64,000 bases of DNA, taken from contig RDOC01000002.1 in NCBI GenBank assembly GCA_011364985.1, forward strand, positions 160,001-224,000. Reading direction: 5' to 3'. Below, one piece after another: positions 1-9,632 of this stretch. The position numbers and the translations under genes were made by a program. The DNA is from Candidatus Thorarchaeota archaeon. Lineage in GTDB: Archaea; Asgardarchaeota; Thorarchaeia; Thorarchaeales; Thorarchaeaceae. Numbering within the stretch: the first letter of the stretch is position 1; each line of letters starts with the position of its first letter. The notes beneath the pieces are model-generated. The model ran no database searches and was not told where the DNA came from. It was given only the letters and a program-made list of their open reading frames with translations.

Positions 1-129
1 ACCGGGCAATTCCTTATGCTTCCAATGATAGTGAATACAGTCACAACAATAGCCTTGTCTGGAACATCCTGGATATGTACAGCCACATCGGTCCTTATTT
101 CTTTGAACATTACAAATTCGGCCTGTCAT
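1..129 (-). CDS. Small Cys-rich protein (DUF6485-like), 3'-truncated by window edge
   Basis: Manual translation, not in ORF track: MTGRICNVQRNKDRCGCTYPGCSRQGYCCDCIHYHWKHKELPG; CxCTYPGCxRxGxCCxC pattern. Confidence 0.75.
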   Translation of the reverse strand, partial: MTGRICNVQRNKDRCGCTYPGCSRQGYCCDCIHYHWKHKELPG

Positions 130-221
130 CGCAATCTCAAGATGTGTTTCAAGTATTACGATAAAACCTGTTTGGTCTGGTCGATAGCCTAATAGACCCC
201 GAAGGGCAATCAGCAAACATC

Positions 222-1004
222 ATGAATCTCCTAAATGGATTCAGTATTGACCTAACTGGTATTGATAGTAAGAAGCTAAAGGATTCTCGTTTTGCCACAT
301 TTCAATCATTAATGAGAAACGCCTGCGGCCTGGACGTCGAAATAGAATCCATTGTTCGGTTGAGGAGCAAGAAAAACCTCGTACTTCACATCATCTATAC
401 TTCTGCAACAAAACCCGAAACATCCAGTTTAATAGCAAAGCTATTCGTTGCAGATACTTTTCAGAACGAGCTTGATCGCCTATCCTCAAGCATAGAGAAC
501 CGTCTCACAGTACCGAAAGTAATCGCAGCTCAAGGCGGAGTAATCCTAATGGAATTCATCCAAGGAGAACCCCTGGTCGATAGAATAAACCGGACCTTTG
601 AACCTACAATCGTAGAAACACTAGCCGAATGGTATTATAATTATCATCAAATACATAATCACATCAAGGGTGACCCTCGTCTCAGGAATTTCATATGGAA
701 TGATGGAATGATTTTTGGTCTTGACTTTGAGGAGTCAAGAGAAGAGCACTGGATACTTGACATCGCAGGGGTTGCAGCAAGCATACTTGATACGGATCCA
801 ATATTTGATGCCAAGAAACGTGCTTTAGCCTGGATTCTCTTGGACCATTATCTCGGTCTTAGACACATGGAACGGACGTCCAAGGTAGAAAAACTGTTTC
901 TTGAAACAATGGTCGATACGCTTGCCCAGACTGCTGAATGGAGAAACGACGATAGAATAATGCAAGTCTCGAATCAAATCAGGCAAGAGGGTCTTGATGT
1001 CTGA
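222..1004 (+). CDS. Atypical protein-kinase-like phosphotransferase (RIO/Bud32-like fold)
   Basis: IAKLF, ILMEFIQG, KGDPRLRNF catalytic loop, GLDFEE (DFG-like). Confidence 0.7.
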   Translation: MNLLNGFSIDLTGIDSKKLKDSRFATFQSLMRNACGLDVEIESIVRLRSKKNLVLHIIYTSATKPETSSLIAKLFVADTFQNELDRLSSSIENRLTVPKVIAAQGGVILMEFIQGEPLVDRINRTFEPTIVETLAEWYYNYHQIHNHIKGDPRLRNFIWNDGMIFGLDFEESREEHWILDIAGVAASILDTDPIFDAKKRALAWILLDHYLGLRHMERTSKVEKLFLETMVDTLAQTAEWRNDDRIMQVSNQIRQEGLDV

Positions 1005-1083
1005 TTGGAGCAGAAAACAAAGCCTTCATATTTACGAATGGAACGCATCAACACAACGCAAATTCGGAGAGCATTCATAGAAC

Positions 1084-2361
1084 ATGCAGCAAAGACGGAT
1101 AGCTATCGGAGTGGCAGTTCTCCTAGTTACTGGATTTGCTGTTCTTGGCATCTCTTACTTCTATCTGGGTTCGGAGAGAGATTCCATTCTAAACTTCTAT
1201 GTCTTTGGTGATTCTCAAGGTTATCAGGATGGAATTCATCAAATTGCAGCCATTTCTGCAATCTATAATCCCGATTTTGTCTTCCACTGCGGAGATCTCA
1301 CCCCCTTTGGCCAAGAAAGCCAATATAATGCAGTTATTGACGCACTTGCAGAATTCACCATACCAGTATACACTACTCCAGGGAATCACGATGTCCGACT
1401 GGACGGCGGTACAAGATACCTTGAACACTTCGGACCAGCACTATATTCCTTTGACCTTGGATCAGCTCACTTTGCAGTATTCAACAGCACAACAGGAGAT
1501 ATTCCCGAAGCTGACATTTCTTGGCTTTCGTCAGATTTGGAAGCCTCAGATGCAGAGTTCAAGTTTGTATTTTCCCACATTCCACCCTTTGACCCTCGAC
1601 CAGAGCAAGATCATACGTTTTCCAACTTAACGACAGCATCAAGGTTGATGACCATATTTCAGGAAACGAATGTGACCACAGTCTTTTCAGGACATGTTCA
1701 TATCTTTAACGAGAGCGTTGTTCAAGGTGTCCGTTATGTAATAACAGGCGGGGCAGGTGCAAGCCTCTATGCGAGCCCAGAAAATGGCGGCTATTACCAC
1801 TTCGTAAATGTGACCTTGACAGAGTCCGAATTGCTTATCGAACCTGTGCTGTTAGATGCTCCTTCTCTCCAGCGCAATATGGTTGAAATCAGAAACCAAG
1901 ACGAGAGCTTAACGCTCACGTTAGATGATCTATTAGTGCTTTCAGACTTGGAAGGCTTCTCATCCTTCCAAAATCAATTCGACAATTGGCGAGGGCAAGG
2001 AACATACCGTGGAGTTCTGATTGCAGACCTTCTCAAGTTCGTGGGTGGAATGCAGGAAACTGATATACTACGAGTCACCGCAAATGATGGATATCAATAC
2101 GAATTCTGCTATTCTAATGTCTATCCAAACAGCTCATGGCATGACATTCAGGGTGATATGATACTTGCATATTCCTTCAACGAGACACTTGTTCCCGATT
2201 GGACTGACGGAATGCGATTGGTAATGCTTGTCCCAGACGGAGGCTATAGCAATGAAGACCTGCGGCTCACATCTGCCCCTGGAATGGGCTATTACATCTA
2301 TGAATCTGCAGGCGCAAGCTGGGTTCGTTATGTTTCAAATATCGAGGTGATTCAGCAGTGA
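1084..2361 (+). CDS. Membrane-anchored metallophosphoesterase with C-terminal molybdopterin-oxidoreductase-like domain
   Basis: N-terminal TM helix; GDSQ, GDLT, PGNHD, SHIPP, SGHVH motifs; C-terminal YRGVLIADLL..ANDGY..WVRYVSNIEV. Confidence 0.8.
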   Translation: MQQRRIAIGVAVLLVTGFAVLGISYFYLGSERDSILNFYVFGDSQGYQDGIHQIAAISAIYNPDFVFHCGDLTPFGQESQYNAVIDALAEFTIPVYTTPGNHDVRLDGGTRYLEHFGPALYSFDLGSAHFAVFNSTTGDIPEADISWLSSDLEASDAEFKFVFSHIPPFDPRPEQDHTFSNLTTASRLMTIFQETNVTTVFSGHVHIFNESVVQGVRYVITGGAGASLYASPENGGYYHFVNVTLTESELLIEPVLLDAPSLQRNMVEIRNQDESLTLTLDDLLVLSDLEGFSSFQNQFDNWRGQGTYRGVLIADLLKFVGGMQETDILRVTANDGYQYEFCYSNVYPNSSWHDIQGDMILAYSFNETLVPDWTDGMRLVMLVPDGGYSNEDLRLTSAPGMGYYIYESAGASWVRYVSNIEVIQQ

Positions 2362-3422
2362 ATGCATCAAATAACACTGCAATCACAACCCGCGATATTG
2401 TCACAATCGCAATGCTGAGTTCTTTGGGCGGCGCACTTAGCACATTCGTAGGCTACCTTGGCAATCTCATCAACTTGTCCTTGGGAATCCCCTTTGGAGC
2501 CGGTCAATTCATGGCTGGTCTTCACGTGTTTTGGATTGTACTTATGAGAGTCCTAGTTCCGAAGACCGGTGTTGGATTAGCAGGTGGTGCACTGAAGGGT
2601 CTTGTGGAGCTATTTACTGGGAGCACTCACGGAATTGTCATAGTACTGGTTTCACTTATTCAAGGACTAATCATTGATGTGGGGGCTTCAAGTTTTAGGG
2701 AGTTGAATGGAGTCTCAGTTTCATCTCAAATCGTATGGTGGGTGACTGCAGGGTTCTCTTCTGCCTCAAATGTCCTAGTATTTCAAGCCCTTTACTTCAC
2801 CGGCGCTCCAATAGTGTACATAGCCGTCATGACAATCTTGGCTTTTTGCTCAGGAGTAATATTTGCAGGCTACTTTGCTTGGGAAACATTGGAATTTCTG
2901 AACGAAATCGAAATAATTCCAGCTAATATCAGTAGCAGAGAACCTTCTGCAACGCCTAGAAGAAAGTTGATAGTGCGAAACTTTCCAGCGGTAGCATTTC
3001 TTACATTTATCATTGTAGGCTCTGTCTACTTCACAGTATTCGTTGCAGTAATGCAGACTGACCCATATTCTTGCGAAGTCACTGGACTTGTTGAGAACCC
3101 CTATACCTATCATCAATCAAACTTTGTGGGACAGGAAGTGACAATAGAAGCAGAACTCATTGGCGCATATACCCATCTCGACCCAGCTAATTACACAGGA
3201 ATCCTTCTAGGTACAATCCTGAATTATGCCAATCCAAATTCAGGAGCCACAACGCTCAGGGTGAGTGCCCGGGATGGCTACACCGTCTTGTTTGACTTTG
3301 ACTCAGTGGTGTGTGATAATAGAATGCTTCTGACCGAGAGCGAAGATGGGCTCTGGCTAATTGCAGGTGACTATGATGGAGCATTATGGGTGAGATGGGT
3401 TACCGTTCTAGAAGTATTCTAG
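2358..3422 (+). CDS. ECF transporter S component fused to molybdopterin-oxidoreductase-like domain
   Basis: Hydrophobic N-terminal ~230 aa (TTRDIVTIAML, YkoE-like); C-terminal YTGILLGTIL..ARDGY..WVRWVTVLEV; upstream of ECF A and T genes. Confidence 0.7.
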   Translation: MNASNNTAITTRDIVTIAMLSSLGGALSTFVGYLGNLINLSLGIPFGAGQFMAGLHVFWIVLMRVLVPKTGVGLAGGALKGLVELFTGSTHGIVIVLVSLIQGLIIDVGASSFRELNGVSVSSQIVWWVTAGFSSASNVLVFQALYFTGAPIVYIAVMTILAFCSGVIFAGYFAWETLEFLNEIEIIPANISSREPSATPRRKLIVRNFPAVAFLTFIIVGSVYFTVFVAVMQTDPYSCEVTGLVENPYTYHQSNFVGQEVTIEAELIGAYTHLDPANYTGILLGTILNYANPNSGATTLRVSARDGYTVLFDFDSVVCDNRMLLTESEDGLWLIAGDYDGALWVRWVTVLEVF

Positions 3423-3431
3423 GTGTGATAG

Positions 3432-4895
3432 ATGTTAGAAGCTCGTGACTTAGTATTCTCATACGAAGGTACTCAGCCTATCCTTGAAAAAGTCACCATG
3501 CAGCTTCATCCTAGAGAAATTGTGCTCCTAACTGGCCCCACTGGGTCTGGCAAATCAACACTAGCCAAATGTTTGTCAGGTTTCATACCCCGTATGATTA
3601 AAGGGGATTATTCTGGGTCTGTTTTCATCGAGAACAAAGATGTTTCAGATCTTCTGCTATCCGAATACGCAGAGAAGGTTGCATTGGTACAACAGGATCC
3701 CGATGGGCAAATCTGTACTCTAAATGTAGGTGATGAAGTAGCATTTGGTCCCGAGAACTACTGCAAAGATACCAAAGAGATAGAGCGACTTGTAGAATCT
3801 TCTTTGTCATCAGTCAGTTCTTGGCATTTACGAAACCGTTCCACGCATAAGCTATCCGGTGGCGAAAAGCAGAGAATTATCATTGCTGCCATGCTCGCAT
3901 CTGAGCCAGACTATTTGATTCTTGATGAATCTTCGTCAAGTCTGGATCCCAAAGGCACTCTTGAGCTTAGAGATGTTCTTGTTGCTATGAAAGAGAACAA
4001 CTTGGGAATTCTTTGCATAGAACACCAACTGTCTGCATTCTTGCCAATAGCTGACCGGATTTTGCAGATTTCTGAAGGAAAAGTAATTGAAACTCCCCAA
4101 AACAAGACATTTTCTGCAGATATTCCACAGAAATCTTCGGGTATGATCAGGATCGAAAACCCAGAGGAAGTTATTCGAATAGAGAACACAACCTTCTCCT
4201 ATGGAAAACAAATAGCTGTGAATCAGGTTTCACTGATCCTTAATCGAGGAGATTTCGTCGCTCTTATGGGCGATAACGGATCCGGAAAGACTACTCTATT
4301 ATCCATGATAGCTGGTCTGCTTGAGCCAAGCATCGGAAAAGTTTTTCTGAACAGAAAATCCATATCATCATTTGCAAAAAGAGAGATCGCAAAGAGGATC
4401 GGAGTTGTTTTTCAGAATCCTAATCACCAAATTTTCGAGAGAACTGTATGGAAGGAACAAGTCCTTGGTTTGGAAGTTCTTGAATATGATATGGAAGAAA
4501 ATCTGGATAATGCCAAGAACGTTCTCGATGCAATGGGACTTTCTCCTTATAGTGAAAGAAATCCTTTCTCACTGAGTCATGGTCAGAAACGACGCTTGAA
4601 TGTTTCTTCTGTAACTCTCCATGAACCAGAAGTATACCTCTTCGATGAACCTTTCATTGGGCAAGATGCTGATGGGAGGAGAATTATCGCAGAAAAGATG
4701 ACCCGCCGGGTTGAAACAGGGGGCATCTGTGTAGTTGTGACTCATGATCCCACCTTTGCAAGAGAATTCTGTAATCGGATCCTGTTCATGGAAAACGGTT
4801 CAATACTGCTCGATGGGAGCCCACAAGCGGTTCAAGATCGTTTACAGGAAATTGGAAAGCCAGAATATACAGCTCAAGGGGGACAATCAGAGTGA
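3432..4895 (+). CDS. ECF transporter ATPase, duplicated ABC domains
   Basis: Two Walker A (GPTGSGKS, GDNGSGKT), LSGGEKQR/LSHGQKRR, QDPDGQ/QNPNHQ. Confidence 0.92.
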   Translation: MLEARDLVFSYEGTQPILEKVTMQLHPREIVLLTGPTGSGKSTLAKCLSGFIPRMIKGDYSGSVFIENKDVSDLLLSEYAEKVALVQQDPDGQICTLNVGDEVAFGPENYCKDTKEIERLVESSLSSVSSWHLRNRSTHKLSGGEKQRIIIAAMLASEPDYLILDESSSSLDPKGTLELRDVLVAMKENNLGILCIEHQLSAFLPIADRILQISEGKVIETPQNKTFSADIPQKSSGMIRIENPEEVIRIENTTFSYGKQIAVNQVSLILNRGDFVALMGDNGSGKTTLLSMIAGLLEPSIGKVFLNRKSISSFAKREIAKRIGVVFQNPNHQIFERTVWKEQVLGLEVLEYDMEENLDNAKNVLDAMGLSPYSERNPFSLSHGQKRRLNVSSVTLHEPEVYLFDEPFIGQDADGRRIIAEKMTRRVETGGICVVVTHDPTFAREFCNRILFMENGSILLDGSPQAVQDRLQEIGKPEYTAQGGQSE

Positions 4896-5710
4896 GTACA
4901 CGCTTTGGTTTTGTCCGCAGAGAAGGTACAATCCACAACCTCAACCCTGCAATGAAGCTTCTTTCTCTAACCTTTCTGATGATTAGTATCCTAGTCTATC
5001 CAAGCTGGGTTCTAAGTGGACTGCTACTTCTTGTCAATCTTGTGTCATTTAGAGCTGCTAGGGTTCCAATACGGATCTCATCAAACCGAGTACGGTTTCT
5101 TGTTATTTTTTCATTGGTTTTACTCCTGTTTCAAATCTTTTTGACTCCTAATGGTACAATTTTGACATATATTGTGCCTAAAATTGGTAACATTGGCCCG
5201 TTTATTCCAATAACAAGCTTTGGACTGGAGCGAGGACTATCCATCTCACTCAGATTTCTTCTAATCGTATTCTCAAGTATGCTCTTTATCTCTGTAACAA
5301 ATCCAACGCTACTTGCCCATGCACTCACCAAGTTCAGAATCCCGTACAGGTATAGCTTTGCTCTAGTTATTGCGCTAAGATTTCTTCCTCTCTTTGATAT
5401 GGAAACAAACTTGGTGAGAATGTCTCAGAAATCACGAGGACTTTCTTCAGAAATTGGAGGGCTCAAGAAGATTATAAGAACAATCAGATACACTTTCTAT
5501 CCACTGCTTGTTTCGGCACTATCACGAGTCGAAACTCTCTCGCTATCTATGGATGGGCGGGGATTTGGTTATAGACCAGAACGATCTTACTTGCAGGAGT
5601 CTACATGGTCAAAAACCGATTATCTGGTAATGGCCCTTTCAGTAGGTCTGTTATTCTTCTGCTTTCTCCTAGCACTAGGAATGCTTCCCGAATTGTCTGC
5701 AATTCTATGA
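4892..5710 (+). CDS. ECF transporter T component (CbiQ/EcfT)
   Basis: IHNLNPAMKL, ALRFLP, SQKSRG and SMDGRGF xRx motifs. Confidence 0.9.
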   Translation: MSTRFGFVRREGTIHNLNPAMKLLSLTFLMISILVYPSWVLSGLLLLVNLVSFRAARVPIRISSNRVRFLVIFSLVLLLFQIFLTPNGTILTYIVPKIGNIGPFIPITSFGLERGLSISLRFLLIVFSSMLFISVTNPTLLAHALTKFRIPYRYSFALVIALRFLPLFDMETNLVRMSQKSRGLSSEIGGLKKIIRTIRYTFYPLLVSALSRVETLSLSMDGRGFGYRPERSYLQESTWSKTDYLVMALSVGLLFFCFLLALGMLPELSAIL

Positions 5711-5716
5711 ATGATT

Positions 5717-7858
5717 CTATCTGTCCTGTTTCACGAGCAAATCTATCGATTCGAGTGCTTCCTCAACGCCGATGTATTCACCATTTTCTATTACTTTCGG
5801 ATAATATTGAGAGTAAAGCTCGAAACACTTTCCCAATGCTATAACATACCTATCAAGGTCGCTCAAGGTCGCTCCGTTTTCCTGTAAATGCCTAACTAGG
5901 TCCTGAGTTGCATCCTTAATGTTACCCTTGACTACTGACCAATTCATTGCCGATCGACGCTTTCTTCTCTTCTTGCAGACAATAACCATATCATAGGCGA
6001 TATTCTTCAAGTCGTGAAGATGCGTTGATGCTCTCATCTCACTTCTGACCGGATATATTGTTGTCACGAAAAGTCCTGAATCCAGAATTGCTTGAAGAAC
6101 GGCAGACCAAGCCTCTTTCTTCTTGTGGTGAAAAGTGAATACAAACACACCATCATCCTTGAGAATTCTATTGCTTTCCGAAAAGACCCGTGTGAGACCG
6201 GCTAGGAAGTCCTCTTTCCCCTTTTTCTGACTACGATTCTCGATGACCTCTTCTTCCCAAGGAACTAGTTTTCCCTTGAACCAAGCATATCTATCCTTCA
6301 ATGCCAATCGAAGCCAAACATAGAAGAAATTTGATAGCTCCGAGTACATAACATTTCCATAGTAAGGGGGGTCTGTGACTACTGCATCTGCTGTTTTATC
6401 TGGTACTTTCATTTGTTCGGATGACCCACAAAGAAGCAAGACTTTCCTTTTGCTGTCAAGCTCAGCATACCTACCAGCCATGGAGGCAACTAATCGTCTT
6501 CCAGAGGGCATCTTGACCATTGATTCGTTTTGAAAGATTCTCTCAAAGGGTGACCTGCAGTACTCCTTTCCTTCAATCACTAAGTTGACAAAGGCCGTAA
6601 ATGCGCCTCTACCTCGCGGCGTGTCATAGCAGTTTGCTTCCACCGGTGACATTGAGGGAGAATATGAGTGAGTTCGAAAGATATCCGTGATGAAACCTCT
6701 TGTCGCATTATATTTGGCGAACTTGTTGTTGTACTTCAGTGAGTTTGAGAAGGCAAGAATAAGAAACTCCTTGACATGCCAATCCTTGAGCGTAAGAATC
6801 CATCTATAGATCTTTCCCAAGTTTAGCAGCTGTCTTTCATTGAACATCTCCCTGAACTTTGTATAGCCATGATTCAGGGCCCGTTTGGTTTCTACACCAT
6901 TGGGAATGGACGTATCTGGAATGGGGAGTTTGACATCTATCTCTCTGAACTCCTTCTTAGCAAGCTCCAATAGTTTAAGGTCTCTTTTGTCCGGGGCTTT
7001 GTAGCCTCTTCCATTCTTCAGATTTGGATTCTTCTTCTTTTCACATTTCTTACAATGGAACTCGATGGCATACATCTTCTCTCTTGGTATGCCATTTTGT
7101 CTGATCCAATCAACAATCTTCTTCGATTTGCATTCTCTGGTATGACAGTAGTAGTCCCGACCAGAAGTGTAGCTTGTTTCTGCAGGGATGAACACATGAT
7201 TACATTTGGGGCACTTCGTTTCGTTTCTTCTGCTAACAGCTTCAAAGATGTTCCAACAATGCTGACAAACGACAATATCTGAATCATTTACTAACGACTT
7301 TGCAAGGAAGAAATTGCGCATTAACGGAATCTCTTTCGCGCAATCTGGACAGGAGAGCTCTTTGCAGTAAAAATAATAAATCCCGTCCGCAAAGTCGCCG
7401 CACTCAGGACATTTTGTCCTGTAGTACTTTCTCAATTCCAGTCCAAGTTCGTTGTCGATCTGAACTAAGGCATCTCTGAGTAAATCAGGATCAATGTCTT
7501 CGATTTGTTTCTTTGTAATAAACCATGAAACAGGGTTCAAATCCCCGGCGACTACCGTGCAGCCAAGCTTCAGGGCCTCAACTACCGTGGTCCCACCGCC
7601 CATCATTGGGTCGAGAACGATCTTGTCTGAGAGATCAATCCCCTTTGGATACCGCTTCCAGAGGTCCTGAATACTTTCGGTTTCAGCTAGTGAGTAGAGA
7701 AGAATGGTACGGAATATGGACCCAAGTCTCCGAGCCCACCATTTATGCATGACGTAAACTGGTCTATAATGCCGTCTTCCAAATCCTGTCGATTCTCTCT
7801 CTGCAATCCTGTTTAATTCTACTATTGGAAATCCAAGCTCAATTGGCCGCTTTGGCAG
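5717..7858 (-). CDS. DUF1156-type adenine-specific DNA methyltransferase with Zn ribbons; probable CTG start
   Basis: HKWWARR, LDPMMGGG (motif I), TDPPY (motif IV), several CxxC; frame stays open 36 codons above 7750 to a CTG preceded by GGAGG. Confidence 0.85.
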   Translation of the reverse strand: MPKRPIELGFPIVELNRIAERESTGFGRRHYRPVYVMHKWWARRLGSIFRTILLYSLAETESIQDLWKRYPKGIDLSDKIVLDPMMGGGTTVVEALKLGCTVVAGDLNPVSWFITKKQIEDIDPDLLRDALVQIDNELGLELRKYYRTKCPECGDFADGIYYFYCKELSCPDCAKEIPLMRNFFLAKSLVNDSDIVVCQHCWNIFEAVSRRNETKCPKCNHVFIPAETSYTSGRDYYCHTRECKSKKIVDWIRQNGIPREKMYAIEFHCKKCEKKKNPNLKNGRGYKAPDKRDLKLLELAKKEFREIDVKLPIPDTSIPNGVETKRALNHGYTKFREMFNERQLLNLGKIYRWILTLKDWHVKEFLILAFSNSLKYNNKFAKYNATRGFITDIFRTHSYSPSMSPVEANCYDTPRGRGAFTAFVNLVIEGKEYCRSPFERIFQNESMVKMPSGRRLVASMAGRYAELDSKRKVLLLCGSSEQMKVPDKTADAVVTDPPYYGNVMYSELSNFFYVWLRLALKDRYAWFKGKLVPWEEEVIENRSQKKGKEDFLAGLTRVFSESNRILKDDGVFVFTFHHKKKEAWSAVLQAILDSGLFVTTIYPVRSEMRASTHLHDLKNIAYDMVIVCKKRRKRRSAMNWSVVKGNIKDATQDLVRHLQENGATLSDLDRYVIALGKCFELYSQYYPKVIENGEYIGVEEALESIDLLVKQDR

Positions 7859-7923
7859 GACAGAGCCTCCTCTTTTAAGTACTCATGATGAGTACTACGA
7901 GGCCTTTCAACCTTGCGAGTAGT

Positions 7924-8694
7924 CTACTTCACCTTTCCAACGGGAGCAAGATAGACGGTCATCTCTTCCTCCCCGTCAACGCCTATCAGTTCATCCATAA
8001 GCTTCTGATTATAGGCAGCTATGGCACAGGTTCCAGCTTCTATTGCCTCACAGGCAAGATAGAGATTTTGGCAAATATGACCTGCTTGAATGAGAATGTC
8101 CTTGTAACTCATGATGCTGTAACGCCATTCGGTCTTGTACGGTATAGCAGCCCATACAAAGATTACAGGGGCCTTTCCAATGAATGCTTGATACCAAGCA
8201 TACTCCTCCAGTTCGGCTTCATCGGGAATCTCCTTTGGTACGTGAAGCAATTTATGCTCGATTGGAAGATAGCGATACAATCCTCTCCCCAGGCTCTCAA
8301 CACGATTCACGATCAGGTAGGTTTCGAAGGGTTGACGGCTGCCTCCAGATGGCACAGCACGTTTTGTCCACACCTTATTCGGGTCAATCTCACGAACGCC
8401 CTGTGTCGTCCAGAGCAGAAAGGATAATTCCTCCAAGGAAAGCGCGTCATCAGTGAATGTTCGTCGGCTTTCGCGACTTGCAAGGGCGTCAAACAATGAT
8501 ACCCTGCTCATGTTAAAGTTCTTTGACTCAACTAGATCAATCAAGATGGCACTGGCATCAAAGGGCTTTTCCAACGGCGGAGCATCAAACCCCTTTCTTT
8601 GATCAGGAAGCCACCAGCCCTCGGGTGGAATGGCTTCGTAGTCGTGAGCCTTCAGGAGTTCTCTTCTCTGCTTGATTATCTCATCGTACTTCAT
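7924..8694 (-). CDS. SagB/ThcOx-family nitroreductase-fold dehydrogenase
   Basis: RESRRTF, RAVPSGGSRQPFETY, QAGHICQNLYLACEAIEAGTCAIAAY. Confidence 0.9.
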   Translation of the reverse strand: MKYDEIIKQRRELLKAHDYEAIPPEGWWLPDQRKGFDAPPLEKPFDASAILIDLVESKNFNMSRVSLFDALASRESRRTFTDDALSLEELSFLLWTTQGVREIDPNKVWTKRAVPSGGSRQPFETYLIVNRVESLGRGLYRYLPIEHKLLHVPKEIPDEAELEEYAWYQAFIGKAPVIFVWAAIPYKTEWRYSIMSYKDILIQAGHICQNLYLACEAIEAGTCAIAAYNQKLMDELIGVDGEEEMTVYLAPVGKVK

Positions 8695-9401
8695 CTAGCT
8701 GCATCTTCCTTGATGAATATCAGGAACATCGGCAGGACAACTATCAGATAAGCGTCCTTGTTCACACTTTCAAGGCTACTGAGTTATCATTCTACTGCCA
8801 CTAGAGATGCAACGTAGCTCTATCTAGCAGCATTCGTACTATTTTGCATCTTGTGCATGGTGCTGATGATTGTACAAACTCAACCTTTCTGCCAATTCAC
8901 TGAGGATACAGCCGCCATCACCATTCTCCAGCAGCTTAGCACTTACCAAACTGACTATCTATATAGTACCCCGACCGAATATATAAAGCATAATTAATTA
9001 ATCAATTAACTTATTTATTACTGCGGCGATGCAAAGAGGATTACTTGAATATCGTGTTTATCATATTCATCTTAGTTCATCCAGCAAAACCTGAAACTCT
9101 AGCAAAAACTCATTTTCATTTACAATATTGTAGTCTGATAAATCTCCCTCTTCAAGCTGGTGATATAAGTATTCCAGAAGAGATTCATGAAATCTTTCTG
9201 TTGACAGTTACATCGGATGGAGAAAGGGTGGAATACAGAAGTTACATGCAGTTGAATTCGCTCAACATTGGAGTGATGTAACAGGTCCGCAATGGACTGT
9301 AGGGGATGTCAATATCAATACGCATAACTCGAAATGAATTGGAGCTAGGGAGGTCAAGCAGCAATCCTTTTAACATCATGAACTAGCACAAAATGCGGAA
9401 T

Positions 9402-9598
9402 CGGAGCGTAGCTCAATCTGGCAGTCTTGTGCACATCAGTGTACTCGGCCATTAGCAATGGACTGTAGAGAGCGGCCATCGTGACAGCTGTTCGCAGCTA
9501 TCCATCGGTTGCCGGTTCGGCACGATTACCTGCGAATTGTGCGCCGAAAAAATCGCATGTGAATTCCACAAGTGATGGCAATCCGGCCGCTCCGACCA
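9402..9598 (+). tRNA. tRNA-Tyr(GTA) with introns 9425-9453, 9469-9499 and probably 9519-9548 and 9552-9581
   Basis: Acceptor CGGAGCG/CGCTCCG (C1:G72), A73, encoded CCA; ATGGA-CT-GTA-GA-TCCAT; GCCGG/CCGGC T stem; splices to a 77-nt cloverleaf. Confidence 0.93.
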
Positions 9599-9632
9599 TC
9601 CTTTCTTATCCCTACCTTAACCGAGAAGCCAT

